Assembly: GCA_963822585.1 (NCBI GenBank)
Contig: CAWGIE010000026.1
Span: 256,001 to 320,000 of the forward strand
Length of the DNA: 64,000 nucleotides
Origin: an uncultured bacterium
GTDB taxonomy: Bacteria > Auribacterota > Erginobacteria > Erginobacterales > Erginobacteraceae
Direction of reading: 5' to 3'
The position numbers were made by a program, and so were the translations under genes. The notes below the pieces were generated by a model. That model searched no databases. It had not been told where the DNA came from and saw only the letters and a program-made list of their open reading frames with translations. Within the stretch, counting starts at the first letter, position 1. Each line of letters opens with the position of its first letter. Shown one piece after another: positions 19,790-29,933 of this stretch.

Positions 19790-20580
19790 AAGGCGCCCCT
19801 GAAAGCATTCTCACTCTTGACCTGGGCAATACCTCCCTCACCGCCGGAGTTTGGAATAAAGGATCGCTCGTCGACTCCTGGTCGTCGCCTTTCCGGGAAA
19901 TGTCCCTGCGGAAAAGACTGGCCTCCCTCCGGCAGGCCGGGGGGATTGACGGGGCGATCCTGGCCTCTGTTGTCCCGGGACGGAACCAGGCACTTCTTGC
20001 CGCCTGCCGGGACGTTCTGGGCCTCAAATGCCTGGTCCTTGACTCGAAGACTCCGACCGGACTCAAGATCTGTTATCGTAAACCGGGACAGGTGGGCGCG
20101 GACCGGATCGCCAACGCGGTGGGGGCGTTTCACCGATACGGCGCCCCTCTGATCGTGATTGATTTCGGCACGGCCATAACCTTCGATGTCGTTTCCCGGA
20201 AATTCGAGTACCTGGGCGGGGTCATCGCCCCCGGACTGGGGATCTCCACTCAGGCGCTTTTCCGAAAGGCCGCGCTCCTTCCCAAGGTGGAGATCAGCCG
20301 CCCCCAGAATATTCTCGGCCAAGAAACCTCGGATGCCATCCGGGCGGGGGTTTTCTGGGGGACCCTGGGTCTGGTGGAACGGATACTGAAGGAGCTGAAG
20401 AAGGAACTCGGATGGGGGAAGGAGACCAGGCTGGTGGCGACCGGGGGCCACGCGCGGCTTATCCTTGGCAGATCCCGGCTGATTAAACACATCGATCCCC
20501 ATCTGACCCTCCGCGGCCTTTACCTGATCATTCAAAAGATAACCACCAAGACACAAAGACACGGAGAAAATAAAAAATAA
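19786..20580 (+). CDS. coaX: Type III pantothenate kinase
   Basis: DLGNT, GADRIAN, DFGTAITFD, GGVIAPG, ATGG; ATGA overlap with nadC. Confidence 0.93.
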   Translation: MKGAPESILTLDLGNTSLTAGVWNKGSLVDSWSSPFREMSLRKRLASLRQAGGIDGAILASVVPGRNQALLAACRDVLGLKCLVLDSKTPTGLKICYRKPGQVGADRIANAVGAFHRYGAPLIVIDFGTAITFDVVSRKFEYLGGVIAPGLGISTQALFRKAALLPKVEISRPQNILGQETSDAIRAGVFWGTLGLVERILKELKKELGWGKETRLVATGGHARLILGRSRLIKHIDPHLTLRGLYLIIQKITTKTQRHGENKK

Positions 20581-20878
20581 AAGCACGTTCGGGTTAAAAG
20601 GTTGCGGTTGTCCCTCAGATCCTGAGATCTTTCGGGATCGAAGGACGCGGCTCGAATCGGCTGCGGGGAACGGTTGCGGAACCAAGCCGCCCGCAACCCT
20701 ATCCCGTTCAACGTTTCGAGCAGCGCAACCGTTCAACGATAGCCGTTTTATTAATGTATCGAAATTCCGAAGAAGGAACTTATGCTGCGTACCGTGGCGA
20801 AGGTTGTAGAGATTAATCACTCCCTGATTTTTTATCTTCCCTAATCAATCCCCCTTAGTGTCTTGGTGTCTTGGTGGC
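20542..20878. repeat. 9-nt-period inverted-repeat element with a long structured interior
   Basis: Left arm accaccaagacacaaagacac (inside the coaX 3' end); right arm cttagtgtcttggtgtcttggtggc overlapping the mnmA start. Confidence 0.7.
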
Positions 20879-21941
20879 AAAAAACTTAAAGATAGGCGTG
20901 GCTCTCAGCGGGGGCAAGGACAGCAGCCTGGCCGCGGCGCTCCTGCAGAGGGATACTCACCAGGTGATCGGCTATCACCTGCTCCTTTGCCCCGAAGAAT
21001 ACGCTTCCATCCCCATCGCAGAACAGCTGGCCTCCGTCAGGAGGGTCTGCGGGATGCTGGGGATCGGATTGGAGGTGATCGATGCCCGGGATGACTTCCG
21101 CCGTGAAGTCATGGATCCCTTCGTGACCGCTTACCGGGAGGGAAAAACTCCCAATCCCTGCGTTTTCTGCAACCGCATCTTCAAATTCGGGGTGCTCCTC
21201 GATGCTGCCTTACGGGACGGTTGCGATTACCTGGCCAGCGGCCATTATGCCCGGATTTCCCCGGAGCCTCATCCCCGGTTGAAAAAACCGATCGGAGCCG
21301 GCAGGGATGAATCATACTTTCTCTTTGAACTGCCGTCCGACCGCCTGAAATACCTGCTGTTTCCTCTGGGGGAACTGATGTCCGATGAGATCAGACGGCT
21401 CTCGGGAGAACTGCTGTCCGGATATGTTCCCCTTCCCGTGAGTCAGGAGGCTTGCTTCCTCACCGTCCCGGGATTAAAGAGCTTTCTCCGGAAGAACCTC
21501 CCGGGACCCGGCGAACCGGGCGAGATAATCGACACCCGCGGGAACACGCTCGGTGAACACCCGGGATACCATTTCTACACCGTGGGACAGCGGAAAGGCC
21601 TGAGTTCGGCTTCGGGCAGGAAGGGACCGCTTTATGTTCTGCGGATAATCCCGAACAGAAACCAGGTAGTAGTGGGGGATAAAGACGACCTTCTTTCCTC
21701 CCGATTACGGGCCATCGGGACCAACTGGCTCTCCATACCCCCGCCTTTGGAAGCCATTACGGCCACAACAAAGATACGATACAGCCATCCGGGAGAAGAG
21801 GCGCTGATCGTCCCCCGGCCGGACGGACGGCTGGATATCGAATTTTCCACGCCTCAGGAGGCCCCGACGCCGGGACAGGCGGTGGTTTTCTATCAAGAGG
21901 ATACCCTGCTGGGAGGTGCGTGGATAGAGGAGACGCTTTAA
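20871..21941 (+). CDS. mnmA: tRNA 2-thiouridylase
   Basis: SGGKDS PP-loop, TPNPCVFCN, ASGHYAR, YTVGQRKG, TPGQAVVFY. Confidence 0.92.
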   Translation: MVAKNLKIGVALSGGKDSSLAAALLQRDTHQVIGYHLLLCPEEYASIPIAEQLASVRRVCGMLGIGLEVIDARDDFRREVMDPFVTAYREGKTPNPCVFCNRIFKFGVLLDAALRDGCDYLASGHYARISPEPHPRLKKPIGAGRDESYFLFELPSDRLKYLLFPLGELMSDEIRRLSGELLSGYVPLPVSQEACFLTVPGLKSFLRKNLPGPGEPGEIIDTRGNTLGEHPGYHFYTVGQRKGLSSASGRKGPLYVLRIIPNRNQVVVGDKDDLLSSRLRAIGTNWLSIPPPLEAITATTKIRYSHPGEEALIVPRPDGRLDIEFSTPQEAPTPGQAVVFYQEDTLLGGAWIEETL

Positions 21942-21998
21942 ACGGAGAAAAAACAACTCAGATCAGAGGTGCGTCACACCCATTGTCTATACATGCAG

Positions 21999-22105
21999 GG
22001 AGTGGTGGAGTGATGGAGTACTGGAGTGGTGGGTTGCCGGGGACCGGGAAAGACGGTCAGCCGAGCCATTCCAATACTCCAGTACTCCACTATTCCATTA
22101 CTCCA
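21999..22105. repeat. 8-nt-period inverted-repeat element
   Basis: ggagtggtggagtgatggagtactggagtggtgg ... ccaatactccagtactccactattccattactcca. Confidence 0.75.
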
Positions 22106-22148
22106 TTTTGAATTACCACAGACGTACTTCTATAAAACACCCTGGTTA

Positions 22149-22571
22149 TTATCTCGGGAATCTCTGTTTCCAGGGTTGTCCTCCCTCATACGCCCGCCAA
22201 TGACCGTCGTGCCACCGCCCTCCCTGCCAGCAGGGATCGGTCCAGATATAACCGGGCCGGACGGTTGGACGCCAGAAGCCTTCCACCCAGATGACACCAT
22301 TCCAGTACCCGGGAGCCCAGGCCCGGCCTTCGGGCGAGGAGCCGGGAACCGGGTTCCAATGTCCCGGTATCCAGTTTCCCTCTCCGTCGTCCTTGCCTTC
22401 CACCCAGTAATAACCCATTTTAAAGGGGGGGCGCCAGTAACCCGGGATAACGGTCCCGTTGGAGAGGGTGTGCGGCGCCACCCAGACATCACCCGGATTC
22501 TGCTGCGCTTCGATGGTCAATACTCCGATAAACAGTAGCAACAGAGATAAAAGTATGCTGAATCCCTTCAT
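22149..22571 (-). CDS. Secreted WXXGXW (YXWGXW)-repeat protein
   Basis: Signal peptide, then repeats WIPGHW, WAPGYW, WVEGFW, WHDGHW. Confidence 0.75.
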   Translation of the reverse strand: MKGFSILLSLLLLFIGVLTIEAQQNPGDVWVAPHTLSNGTVIPGYWRPPFKMGYYWVEGKDDGEGNWIPGHWNPVPGSSPEGRAWAPGYWNGVIWVEGFWRPTVRPGYIWTDPCWQGGRWHDGHWRAYEGGQPWKQRFPR

Positions 22572-22729
22572 ATCCTGCCTCCTGAAGATGGGTTATGAAC
22601 GCCGGCGAATTTTTTTTATTCGGAATAAAAACGGCCGCTGATACGACTGTCTAAGTGTATTATATCACATCCGGTATCGGCTACCTATCGGGGAAGGGCC
22701 GTTTTTATCCCGGGGGAGTGAAGTCTGAT

Positions 22730-22757
22730 TTGACAGGTTCTTCGGGAAAGATATACT
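22730..22757 (+). promoter_or_regulatory. Sigma-70-type promoter for cinA-thpR-recA operon
   Basis: TTGACA (22730-22735), 16 nt, TATACT (22752-22757); 9 nt before the cinA ATG. Confidence 0.6.
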
Positions 22758-22766
22758 AAGGAAAAT

Positions 22767-23249
22767 ATGCGGACTGATAACAAAAAGGCGGTGCGGGAAC
22801 TGGGCAAGCTGCTCCTGGCGAGGAAATGGACGCTGGCGGCGGCCGAATCCTGCACGGGGGGATTGCTGGGCGACATGATCACGGATCAGCCCGGCAGTTC
22901 GGCTTTTTTCCGGGGGGGGATAACAGCTTATTCCAACCGGGTGAAAAGACGGATCCTCGGCGTCCCGGCGGATATTCTGGAAGGAGAGGGGGCGGTCAGC
23001 CCCGGGACCGCCCGGTCCATGGCCCGGGCGGTGAGGAAGCTTCTGGACGCCACGGTCGGTGTCGGGATCAGCGGGATCGCCGGGCCGGGCGGGGGGAGTC
23101 CGGTAAAGCCGGTGGGACTGGTGTATGTGGCGGTAGTTACACCGAAACAAGAATCAGTGAAAAAGTACCACCTTCACGGCACCCGAAGACAAATAAAAGT
23201 CCAGGCGGCCGGAAAAGCACTGGCTTTACTTCTCCGAAATGTACGATGA
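22767..23249 (+). CDS. cinA: CinA C-terminal domain protein (NMN deamidase, PncC-like)
   Basis: AESCTGG, PGSS, AYSN, GAVS, GIAGPGGG, KPVGLV; upstream of recA. Confidence 0.9.
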   Translation: MRTDNKKAVRELGKLLLARKWTLAAAESCTGGLLGDMITDQPGSSAFFRGGITAYSNRVKRRILGVPADILEGEGAVSPGTARSMARAVRKLLDATVGVGISGIAGPGGGSPVKPVGLVYVAVVTPKQESVKKYHLHGTRRQIKVQAAGKALALLLRNVR

Positions 23250-23842
23250 AGAACCTGCGTTTATTCATCGCCGTTGAGCTGCCGTCAATCTGGCAACAAA
23301 GGATCTCCCTTGCCATCCGGACGCTGGCCGCCCGTCACCCGGGCGGGCGGTGGACACCGTCTGAAAATATTCATCTCACGCTGAAATTCCTGGGAGACAC
23401 CGCCCCCGAGCAGGTGGCTGATATTCAGAACGTTCTCGACGCGGAAGCCGGACAACACCTGCCGATAGTTGTCCGGGTGGGAGAATTCGGGGTTTTCCCC
23501 AACCTGAACAAACCTCGTGTCATCTGGCTCGGTTTGACGGGGAAGGGTACCGAATTAGCCGGCCTGGTGAAGGATCTGGACGGGGATCTGGCAAACCGGG
23601 GATTTGATCCCGAAAAAAGAGAATTCACCCCTCATCTGACATTGGGGCGGCTGAACAAAGCGGCGGGAAGTCTTAACCTGGCTGAATCCCTCTCCGCGGA
23701 GAATAGAAAGATACCGGAGACTCTGGAATCACTTGGTCCCCTGAATATCAATATGATAGTATTGATGCAAAGTACTCTTACCCCCCGGGGAGCGGTCTAT
23801 CGGGTTCTTTCCCGGCATGGTGTTAACCCGACTCATTCATAA
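23246..23842 (+). CDS. thpR: RNA 2',3'-cyclic phosphodiesterase (2H family)
   Basis: RLFIAV, HLTLKFLG, PRVIW and PHLTLGR motifs. Confidence 0.92.
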   Translation: MKNLRLFIAVELPSIWQQRISLAIRTLAARHPGGRWTPSENIHLTLKFLGDTAPEQVADIQNVLDAEAGQHLPIVVRVGEFGVFPNLNKPRVIWLGLTGKGTELAGLVKDLDGDLANRGFDPEKREFTPHLTLGRLNKAAGSLNLAESLSAENRKIPETLESLGPLNINMIVLMQSTLTPRGAVYRVLSRHGVNPTHS

Positions 23843-24095
23843 TATTGTTAGGGGCTTACCGTTACGGATTGAGCTGTTGGACATGAACTAATTTAGACCA
23901 TCATCAATTTGTTTTAAGTTTAAAAAGTGAAAATTCACTCAATTAGCGGCGAAGCCGTTAATTTACTGCTTCGGAATTTCAAAACAGTATCGTGAAGTGC
24001 AGGGTAAAAGGGAAAAGGCTCCCTTACACTTTACACATTACACTTTACACTACAAGTTGCGCCGGAGGCGCTAACTTGCTATAAAGGAGGGCATC

Positions 24096-25139
24096 ATGAC
24101 CAAAGACGCCAAATCGACCAAGGACACCGCGGCGGCGGTGGCGGAAGGGAAGAAAAAAGCGTTGAGCCTGGCGCTGGAACAGGTTGAGAAGCAATACGGC
24201 AAAGGGGCGATTATGCAGCTGGGGCAACAGGCGGCCAATGTTAAAATCGCGCATATACCGACCGGCGCCCTGACACTGGATATCGCGCTGGGGATCGGCG
24301 GTCTGCCTCGGGGACGGGTGGTGGAGATCTATGGAGCCGAAGCGTCGGGGAAGACGACGCTCGCCCTGCAGGCGGTAGCGAATGTCCAAAAAGTCGGCGG
24401 CGTGGCCGCTTACATTGATGTCGAACATGCCATCGATCCGGCCTACTCGAAAATCATCGGTGTCAACCTGGACGAACTCCTGATCTCACAGCCCGATTCC
24501 GGGGAGGCCGCGCTCAACATCGCCGAAACACTGGTCCGGAGTAACGCGGTGGACCTGATCGTGATTGATTCCGTGGCCGCCCTGGTTCCCCGGGCGGAGA
24601 TCGAAGGGGAGATCGGCGATACTCACGTCGGTCTGCAGGCCAGGATGATGTCTCAGGCCCTGCGGAAACTGACCTCGGCCATCAGCAAGTCGAAGACCTG
24701 CTGCATTTTCATCAACCAGATCCGGATGAAGATCGGGGTTATGTTCGGAAGCCCGGAGACCACGCCGGGCGGCCGTGCGCTCAAATTCTACGCTTCGGTT
24801 CGGATCAACATGAGGAGAACCGGCTACATCAAGGACAGTGCCGGGGAAGCGATCGGGAGCCGGACCAAAGCCAAGATAGTCAAGAACAAGGTTGCCCCAC
24901 CCTTCCGGGAAGCGGAGTTCGATATCATGTATAACGAGGGAATCTCCTGGGCCGGTTCCATCATCGACCTCGGCACGACCACCGGGGTCATCGAAAAGAA
25001 AGGCACTTCCCTGAACTTTAAGGGGATGAGCCTGGGGCGAGGCCGGGAAAAGGCCCGCGATTTATTAAAGGAAGACAAGAAGCTGGCGGACCAGATCGTC
25101 GCCGAAATTAGAAAAGTTTTGTTGGAAAAAGCCAAATAG
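24096..25139 (+). CDS. recA: Recombinase RecA
   Basis: [58 protein letters not shown]. Confidence 0.98.
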   Translation: MTKDAKSTKDTAAAVAEGKKKALSLALEQVEKQYGKGAIMQLGQQAANVKIAHIPTGALTLDIALGIGGLPRGRVVEIYGAEASGKTTLALQAVANVQKVGGVAAYIDVEHAIDPAYSKIIGVNLDELLISQPDSGEAALNIAETLVRSNAVDLIVIDSVAALVPRAEIEGEIGDTHVGLQARMMSQALRKLTSAISKSKTCCIFINQIRMKIGVMFGSPETTPGGRALKFYASVRINMRRTGYIKDSAGEAIGSRTKAKIVKNKVAPPFREAEFDIMYNEGISWAGSIIDLGTTTGVIEKKGTSLNFKGMSLGRGREKARDLLKEDKKLADQIVAEIRKVLLEKAK

Positions 25140-25173
25140 CGGTGTTTCCCTCTGGTAATATAGAAAACGTTTT

Positions 25174-25278
25174 ATTAACCACGAAGAACACGAAGATCAC
25201 GAAGGTTTCTATCGGCGGATTACACATGGTCCTCTCTATTAAAAGAACTTCGTGTTCTTCGTGTCCTTCGTGGTTAAT
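25174..25278. repeat. 9-nt-period inverted-repeat element
   Basis: attaaccacgaagaacacgaagatcacgaag ... cttcgtgttcttcgtgtccttcgtggttaat. Confidence 0.8.
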
Positions 25279-25299
25279 CTGATTATCAACTGTGTTTCC

Positions 25300-25788
25300 A
25301 TGAGGAAAGAGGAAGAGTATCAGAAGGCGTGGGAGAGCGCTCTCCGGCTCCTGAATTATCGGGAACGGAGCGTAAAAGAGCTCATCGACCGGTTGGCGGC
25401 CAAACGGTTTTCACCGGAGGTCATCTCGGCAATCGTCGAGAAGCTGCGTAAACTGGAACTGCTCGACGATGAGAAGTTCGCCCGGCTCTGGGTCCGTTCC
25501 CGGTGGCAATTTAAGCCCCGGTCCGCCTGGCTGATTGCCCGGGAATTAAAGGAGAAGGGCATCGAGGCGGGGGTTGTCCGGAACGTTATCGCCCAAGAGA
25601 TGCCTCCCGAACGGGAGAAAACGGCCGCCCGCGAACTGGCGGAAAGAAGGATGCATTACTATCGTAACGAAGAACCGGCCGCGGCCCGGAGGAAGCTTTT
25701 CGCTTACCTGGCCCGGCGCGGTTTCCCTCCCGATCTAATCTGGGAATGCGTCAACGAAGTCCTGTTACAGGCTGACGAACAATATTAA
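25300..25788 (+). CDS. recX: Regulatory protein RecX
   Basis: ALRLLNYRERS, LDDEKFA, ELKEKGI, LARRGF; follows recA. Confidence 0.92.
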   Translation: MRKEEEYQKAWESALRLLNYRERSVKELIDRLAAKRFSPEVISAIVEKLRKLELLDDEKFARLWVRSRWQFKPRSAWLIARELKEKGIEAGVVRNVIAQEMPPEREKTAARELAERRMHYYRNEEPAAARRKLFAYLARRGFPPDLIWECVNEVLLQADEQY

Positions 25789-25973
25789 CCACGAAGTACA
25801 CGAAAGCGACATTTGTTTTTTCATAAACGCAATCACGGTAAGATTTGCAATAGATGTAAATCATAACCCGCTACCGTTAGTAAGTTAATTCCTCGTTAGC
25901 TTCGAATAACTTATCCATTCTTCCTTTGAGCCGCCTCATAATATTCCTTCGTGTCCTTCGTGTCCTTCGTGGT
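25788..25973. repeat. 9-nt-period inverted-repeat element
   Basis: accacgaagtacacgaa ... cttcgtgtccttcgtgtccttcgtggt. Confidence 0.72.
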
Positions 25974-26013
25974 ATTATTTCATGACCTACCGATAATGGG
26001 AGCTTGTTACGGC

Positions 26014-28665
26014 ATGAGATCTCAGGAGATACGGAAAAGCTTTCTTGATTTTTTCGCCCAGCGGGGGCACACCATCCGCCCCTCCGACAGCCTGATCCCC
26101 TCCGCCGATCCGACCCTGATCTTCACCTCGGCGGGGATGGTTCCCTTCAAGGCCCTCTGGACCGACGCCCCGCTCACTTTTACCCGGGCGGCCAGTGTCC
26201 AGAAATGCCTGCGCGTGGGGGGAAAGGATAGCGACCTCGAGAACGTGGGGAGGACGCTTCGACACCACAGCTTCTTCGAGATGCTGGGGAACTTCTCCTT
26301 CGGTGATTACTTCAAGCAGGAAGCCATCGCCTGGGCGTGGGAATTTGTCCTCGAGGTGATGAAACTCCCGAAGGAACAGCTCTGGATATCCATCTTCCGG
26401 GACGATGACGAGGCTTTCGGGATCTGGCGGAAGTTCATCGGGGTTCCGGCGGAAAAAATCGTCCGCCTGGGGGAGAAGGATAATTTCTGGGGTCCGGCCG
26501 GCATGGCCGGCCCGTGCGGACCTTGTTCGGAGATCTACTTTGACCGCGGGGTCGAATACGGTTGCGGCCGGGAGGAATGCCGTCCCGGCTGCGACTGCGA
26601 GCGTTATTTCGAGTTCTGGAACCTGGTCTTTCCCCAGTTTTACCAGGAAGAGTCGGGTCAGCGGCGGAGACTGGAAAGACGCGGAATAGATACCGGGATG
26701 GGCCTGGAGCGGCTGGCGCTTCTGGTCCAGGACGCCGTCAGCAATTACGACATCGACCTCTTCGCCCCTATTATTTCCGCGCTGAGTGAATACGCCCCCC
26801 CTCCGGATAACCGGATGGCCCGGGAGGCGTACCACGTGATCGCGGATCATATCCGCGCCCTGACCTTCGTCCTCTCCGAGAACGTGCTTCCTTCGAACGA
26901 GGGGAGAGGATATGTCATGCGGAGACTCCTGCGCCGGGCTGTCAGGTTCGGCCGCAAACTGGGCTTGAACGAACCGTTTCTGCACCGGCTGGTGCCGGCC
27001 GTGGTCGAGGCGATGAAAGAACCCTACCCGGAACTTCTGGAAAGCCGCGAACACGTGAGCCGGATCATCCTGGCCGAGGAGGAGAGGTTCGGCGCTACGC
27101 TGACCCAGGGTCTGGAGAAACTGGATGAAATAGCGGAAGGTCTTACGACGAAAGGCCTGGCAACGATCCCCGGAGCGGATGTCTTCAAGCTCTCCGACAC
27201 CTACGGATTCCCTCCCGAACTGACCGATGAAGTCGCCCGGGAGCAAGGGCTGGAAATAGACTGGCAGGAGTTCGAAAAGGCCCTGGAAGAGCAGCGGGAG
27301 CGCGGACGGATGGCCTGGAAGGGCTTGGCTGAACAGGAGATTCTTCCCGTCTATCATGAACTCCGGAAAAAATTCCCGCCCTGCGAATTCCAGGGATACG
27401 ATCGGCTGGCGCTCCGGGCGAGAATCCGGGCGGTCCTTTTCGAGGGGAAAGCAATCGAACGGGCGGAGCAGGGGGCCGAGGTCGAGGTGATCCTTGACCG
27501 GACGCCATTTTACTCCGAGGCGGGGGGGCAGCTCGGAGATACCGGAACGATCCAGACGGCGGACGGGACGATGGAAGTCGATAACACCGCCAGTCCTCTG
27601 GAGGGCCTGATCATCCATCGGGGACGGATCGAAGCCGGTCATATTATTCCGGGCGGGGAGGGGGATGAGAAAGCGGAAGCGCTGGTCGATCGAAAACGAA
27701 GGAAACAGATCGAGAGACACCATACCGCGACTCACCTTCTCCAGCAGGCGCTCCGGGAGATCGTGGGAGATCATATCGCCCAGGCCGGTTCCTTCGTGGG
27801 GCCTGACTACTTCCGTTTTGATTGCTCCCATTTCGAGAGGGTGCGGCCGGAGGACCTGGCCCGGGTGGAAGAAAGGGTGAATGAGATGATCTTGGAAGAC
27901 GCCCCGGTGAACATCTCCTATCTCTCCCTGGCGGCGGCGAAAAAACAGGGCGCCCTCGCCTTCTTCGGAGAAAAGTACGGGGAAACCGTGCGAATGGTCG
28001 AGGTGGGGGGATGCAGCCGGGAACTTTGCGGGGGTACCCATGTCAAACGGACGGGCGAGATCGGTCTCTTCAGTCTGCTGGGCGAGAGCTCAGTCGCTTC
28101 CGGCGTCCGCCGGATAGAAGCGGTCTGCGGTGAAAAAGCCTACCAACAATCGGTCCGGGTCCGGAATGTGCTGCGGGACGCCCTGGAACGGTTAAAGACG
28201 ACCCCCGAGGAACTCATCTCCCGGATAGAGAAACTTACCGGACGGATCAAGGTCCTGGAGAATGAGAAGAAAGAATTTTTAAAGAAACAGGCGGGTGGCG
28301 ATCTGGCAGAGCTGGTGGAACAGGCAGAGGTCGTCGGCGGCTGCAAAGTGGTCGTCGCCGATCTGGGAGAGATGGATATGGCCACGCTCCGCTCGCTCGC
28401 GGACGAACTTAAAAACAAGCTCGCTTCCGGAATTGCCGTTCTTGGCGCGGTCTCCGGCCCGAAAGTGCATTTGATTGCCGCCGTCACGCCCGATCTGGTC
28501 AAGAAAGGACTGCATGCCGGCAAGATCATCAAGGAGACGGCACGGCTGGCGGGAGGCAGCGGGGGAGGACGTCCCGACCTGGCCCAGGCGGGCGGAAAAG
28601 ATCCGGGGAAACTCAAGCAGGCGCTGGCCGCGGTCCCGGAAATAATCCGGGAGTTCCGGGAATAA
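26014..28665 (+). CDS. alaS: Alanine--tRNA ligase
   Basis: FTSAGMVPFK, HHSFFEMLGNFSFGDYFK, IDTGMGLERL, HTATHLL, ELCGGTH, GGGRPDLAQAGG. Confidence 0.98.
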   Translation: MRSQEIRKSFLDFFAQRGHTIRPSDSLIPSADPTLIFTSAGMVPFKALWTDAPLTFTRAASVQKCLRVGGKDSDLENVGRTLRHHSFFEMLGNFSFGDYFKQEAIAWAWEFVLEVMKLPKEQLWISIFRDDDEAFGIWRKFIGVPAEKIVRLGEKDNFWGPAGMAGPCGPCSEIYFDRGVEYGCGREECRPGCDCERYFEFWNLVFPQFYQEESGQRRRLERRGIDTGMGLERLALLVQDAVSNYDIDLFAPIISALSEYAPPPDNRMAREAYHVIADHIRALTFVLSENVLPSNEGRGYVMRRLLRRAVRFGRKLGLNEPFLHRLVPAVVEAMKEPYPELLESREHVSRIILAEEERFGATLTQGLEKLDEIAEGLTTKGLATIPGADVFKLSDTYGFPPELTDEVAREQGLEIDWQEFEKALEEQRERGRMAWKGLAEQEILPVYHELRKKFPPCEFQGYDRLALRARIRAVLFEGKAIERAEQGAEVEVILDRTPFYSEAGGQLGDTGTIQTADGTMEVDNTASPLEGLIIHRGRIEAGHIIPGGEGDEKAEALVDRKRRKQIERHHTATHLLQQALREIVGDHIAQAGSFVGPDYFRFDCSHFERVRPEDLARVEERVNEMILEDAPVNISYLSLAAAKKQGALAFFGEKYGETVRMVEVGGCSRELCGGTHVKRTGEIGLFSLLGESSVASGVRRIEAVCGEKAYQQSVRVRNVLRDALERLKTTPEELISRIEKLTGRIKVLENEKKEFLKKQAGGDLAELVEQAEVVGGCKVVVADLGEMDMATLRSLADELKNKLASGIAVLGAVSGPKVHLIAAVTPDLVKKGLHAGKIIKETARLAGGSGGGRPDLAQAGGKDPGKLKQALAAVPEIIREFRE

Positions 28666-28830
28666 TACCAGCCCGCAGCTAAGGATTAGCCCTTCCAGAA
28701 GTTCCTGCCCGCGGGGGGATTTCAGCCCTGATGTTGCTTTTCGGGGGGCCCCGATTATATCCGGCGGGGGAATCCCGAGAACCTTCCTCCTGGGGCAGGC
28801 ACGCTTTCCTACGGGAGTCCGGGCGGAGGG

Positions 28831-29772
28831 CTACGCTCTCTTTTCCCGGACTATATAAAGAGGACGATTGACGACCTCGGCATGAATGCTGGCAATGTAT
28901 AATGCCATCAATCCCAGACAGCTCAGAACGATGCCCACCAGGAACATGATAAAGACCGCCAGCATCGCCGGACCGGAAAAGTTCAATTGCAGGGGATCGT
29001 TGAGAATGAACCTTTCAATGAAGATAAACAACCCCAGGAACCCGGAAATAGCGGTAATCAGAAGCCCCAGATAACCGGCGATCTTGAGGGGGAAGAGACT
29101 GAGAGAAACGAAACTGTTCATGGCTAACCGGAGCAGTTTGAAGAAAGAATATCCCGGTTGTCCACCGGCCCGTTCTCCGGCCTTGAAGTAAATATAGGCC
29201 CTTTGGAACCCCAGCCAATCCAATAATCCCCGGGAGATCCGGTTTCTCTCCGTGAATTTATTAAATTCGTCGATCACGATTCTGTCCAACAGTCTGAAAT
29301 CCGTTTCGCCCGGTATGATATTTACTGAGGCGATCCGGTTGATAATCTTATAGAAAAGGGAGGAACCGGTTTTTTTAACCAGACCGCCATTGCCATTCTC
29401 TTCCCTGATCCCGATTACCGTCTCGGCCCCTTCTTCCCATTTCCTGATAAACTCGGGTATTAGCTCAACCGGATGCTGGAGATCGGCATCGATCATGATA
29501 CAGGCAGCTCCGCGGCAGTTATTGATTCCAGCGGTTAAAGCGACCTCTTTGCCGAAATTCCTGGATAATTCCACATATTTCACCCGGTCATCCGAGTCCG
29601 CCAGATCGGAAATTACCTGCTGGCTGGTATCCGTGCTGCCATCGTTCACAAAGATAATCTCCGGCTCATACTTTTCCCGGAGCTGTTCCCTGACCCCGGC
29701 AAGTTCGCGGTAGAGAAGAGGGATGTTCTTCTCTTCGTTATAGACAGGAATGATGAGGGATATTATTCTCAT
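28831..29772 (-). CDS. GT2 polyprenol-phosphate glycosyltransferase (GtrB/YkoT-like)
   Basis: VNDGSTD, LSRNFGKE, DADLQHP, DFRLLDR, two C-terminal TMs, RPLYIV. Confidence 0.88.
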   Translation of the reverse strand: MRIISLIIPVYNEEKNIPLLYRELAGVREQLREKYEPEIIFVNDGSTDTSQQVISDLADSDDRVKYVELSRNFGKEVALTAGINNCRGAACIMIDADLQHPVELIPEFIRKWEEGAETVIGIREENGNGGLVKKTGSSLFYKIINRIASVNIIPGETDFRLLDRIVIDEFNKFTERNRISRGLLDWLGFQRAYIYFKAGERAGGQPGYSFFKLLRLAMNSFVSLSLFPLKIAGYLGLLITAISGFLGLFIFIERFILNDPLQLNFSGPAMLAVFIMFLVGIVLSCLGLMALYIASIHAEVVNRPLYIVREKRA

Positions 29773-29933
29773 ACTGTTTTCTTCGAAAAATAAGAATGTG
29801 AGGGTACGGCACCATCGATTACGACGTAAGCCCGCGCCGCGTAACCATTATCGAATTTACCGGGGAGAACCATTCTCTTCGCCCGGTTTTATGGACTTCC
29901 CCCTGATCGAGGATTAAATTTAACATAGTTAAG

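Noticed and set aside
19522..20820. 432-aa antisense ORF
   Set aside because: Overlaps nadC and coaX on the opposite strand; no recognisable domain.
22826..23245. N-terminal extension of thpR in the ORF track
   Set aside because: Overlaps cinA in another frame; the real start is the ATGA overlap at 23246.
23843..24095. LexA/SOS box upstream of recA
   Set aside because: No known SOS-box consensus recognised; the region is occupied by repeat elements.
25987..28041. 684-aa antisense ORF
   Set aside because: Shadow of alaS on the opposite strand, typical of GC-rich coding DNA; no motifs.
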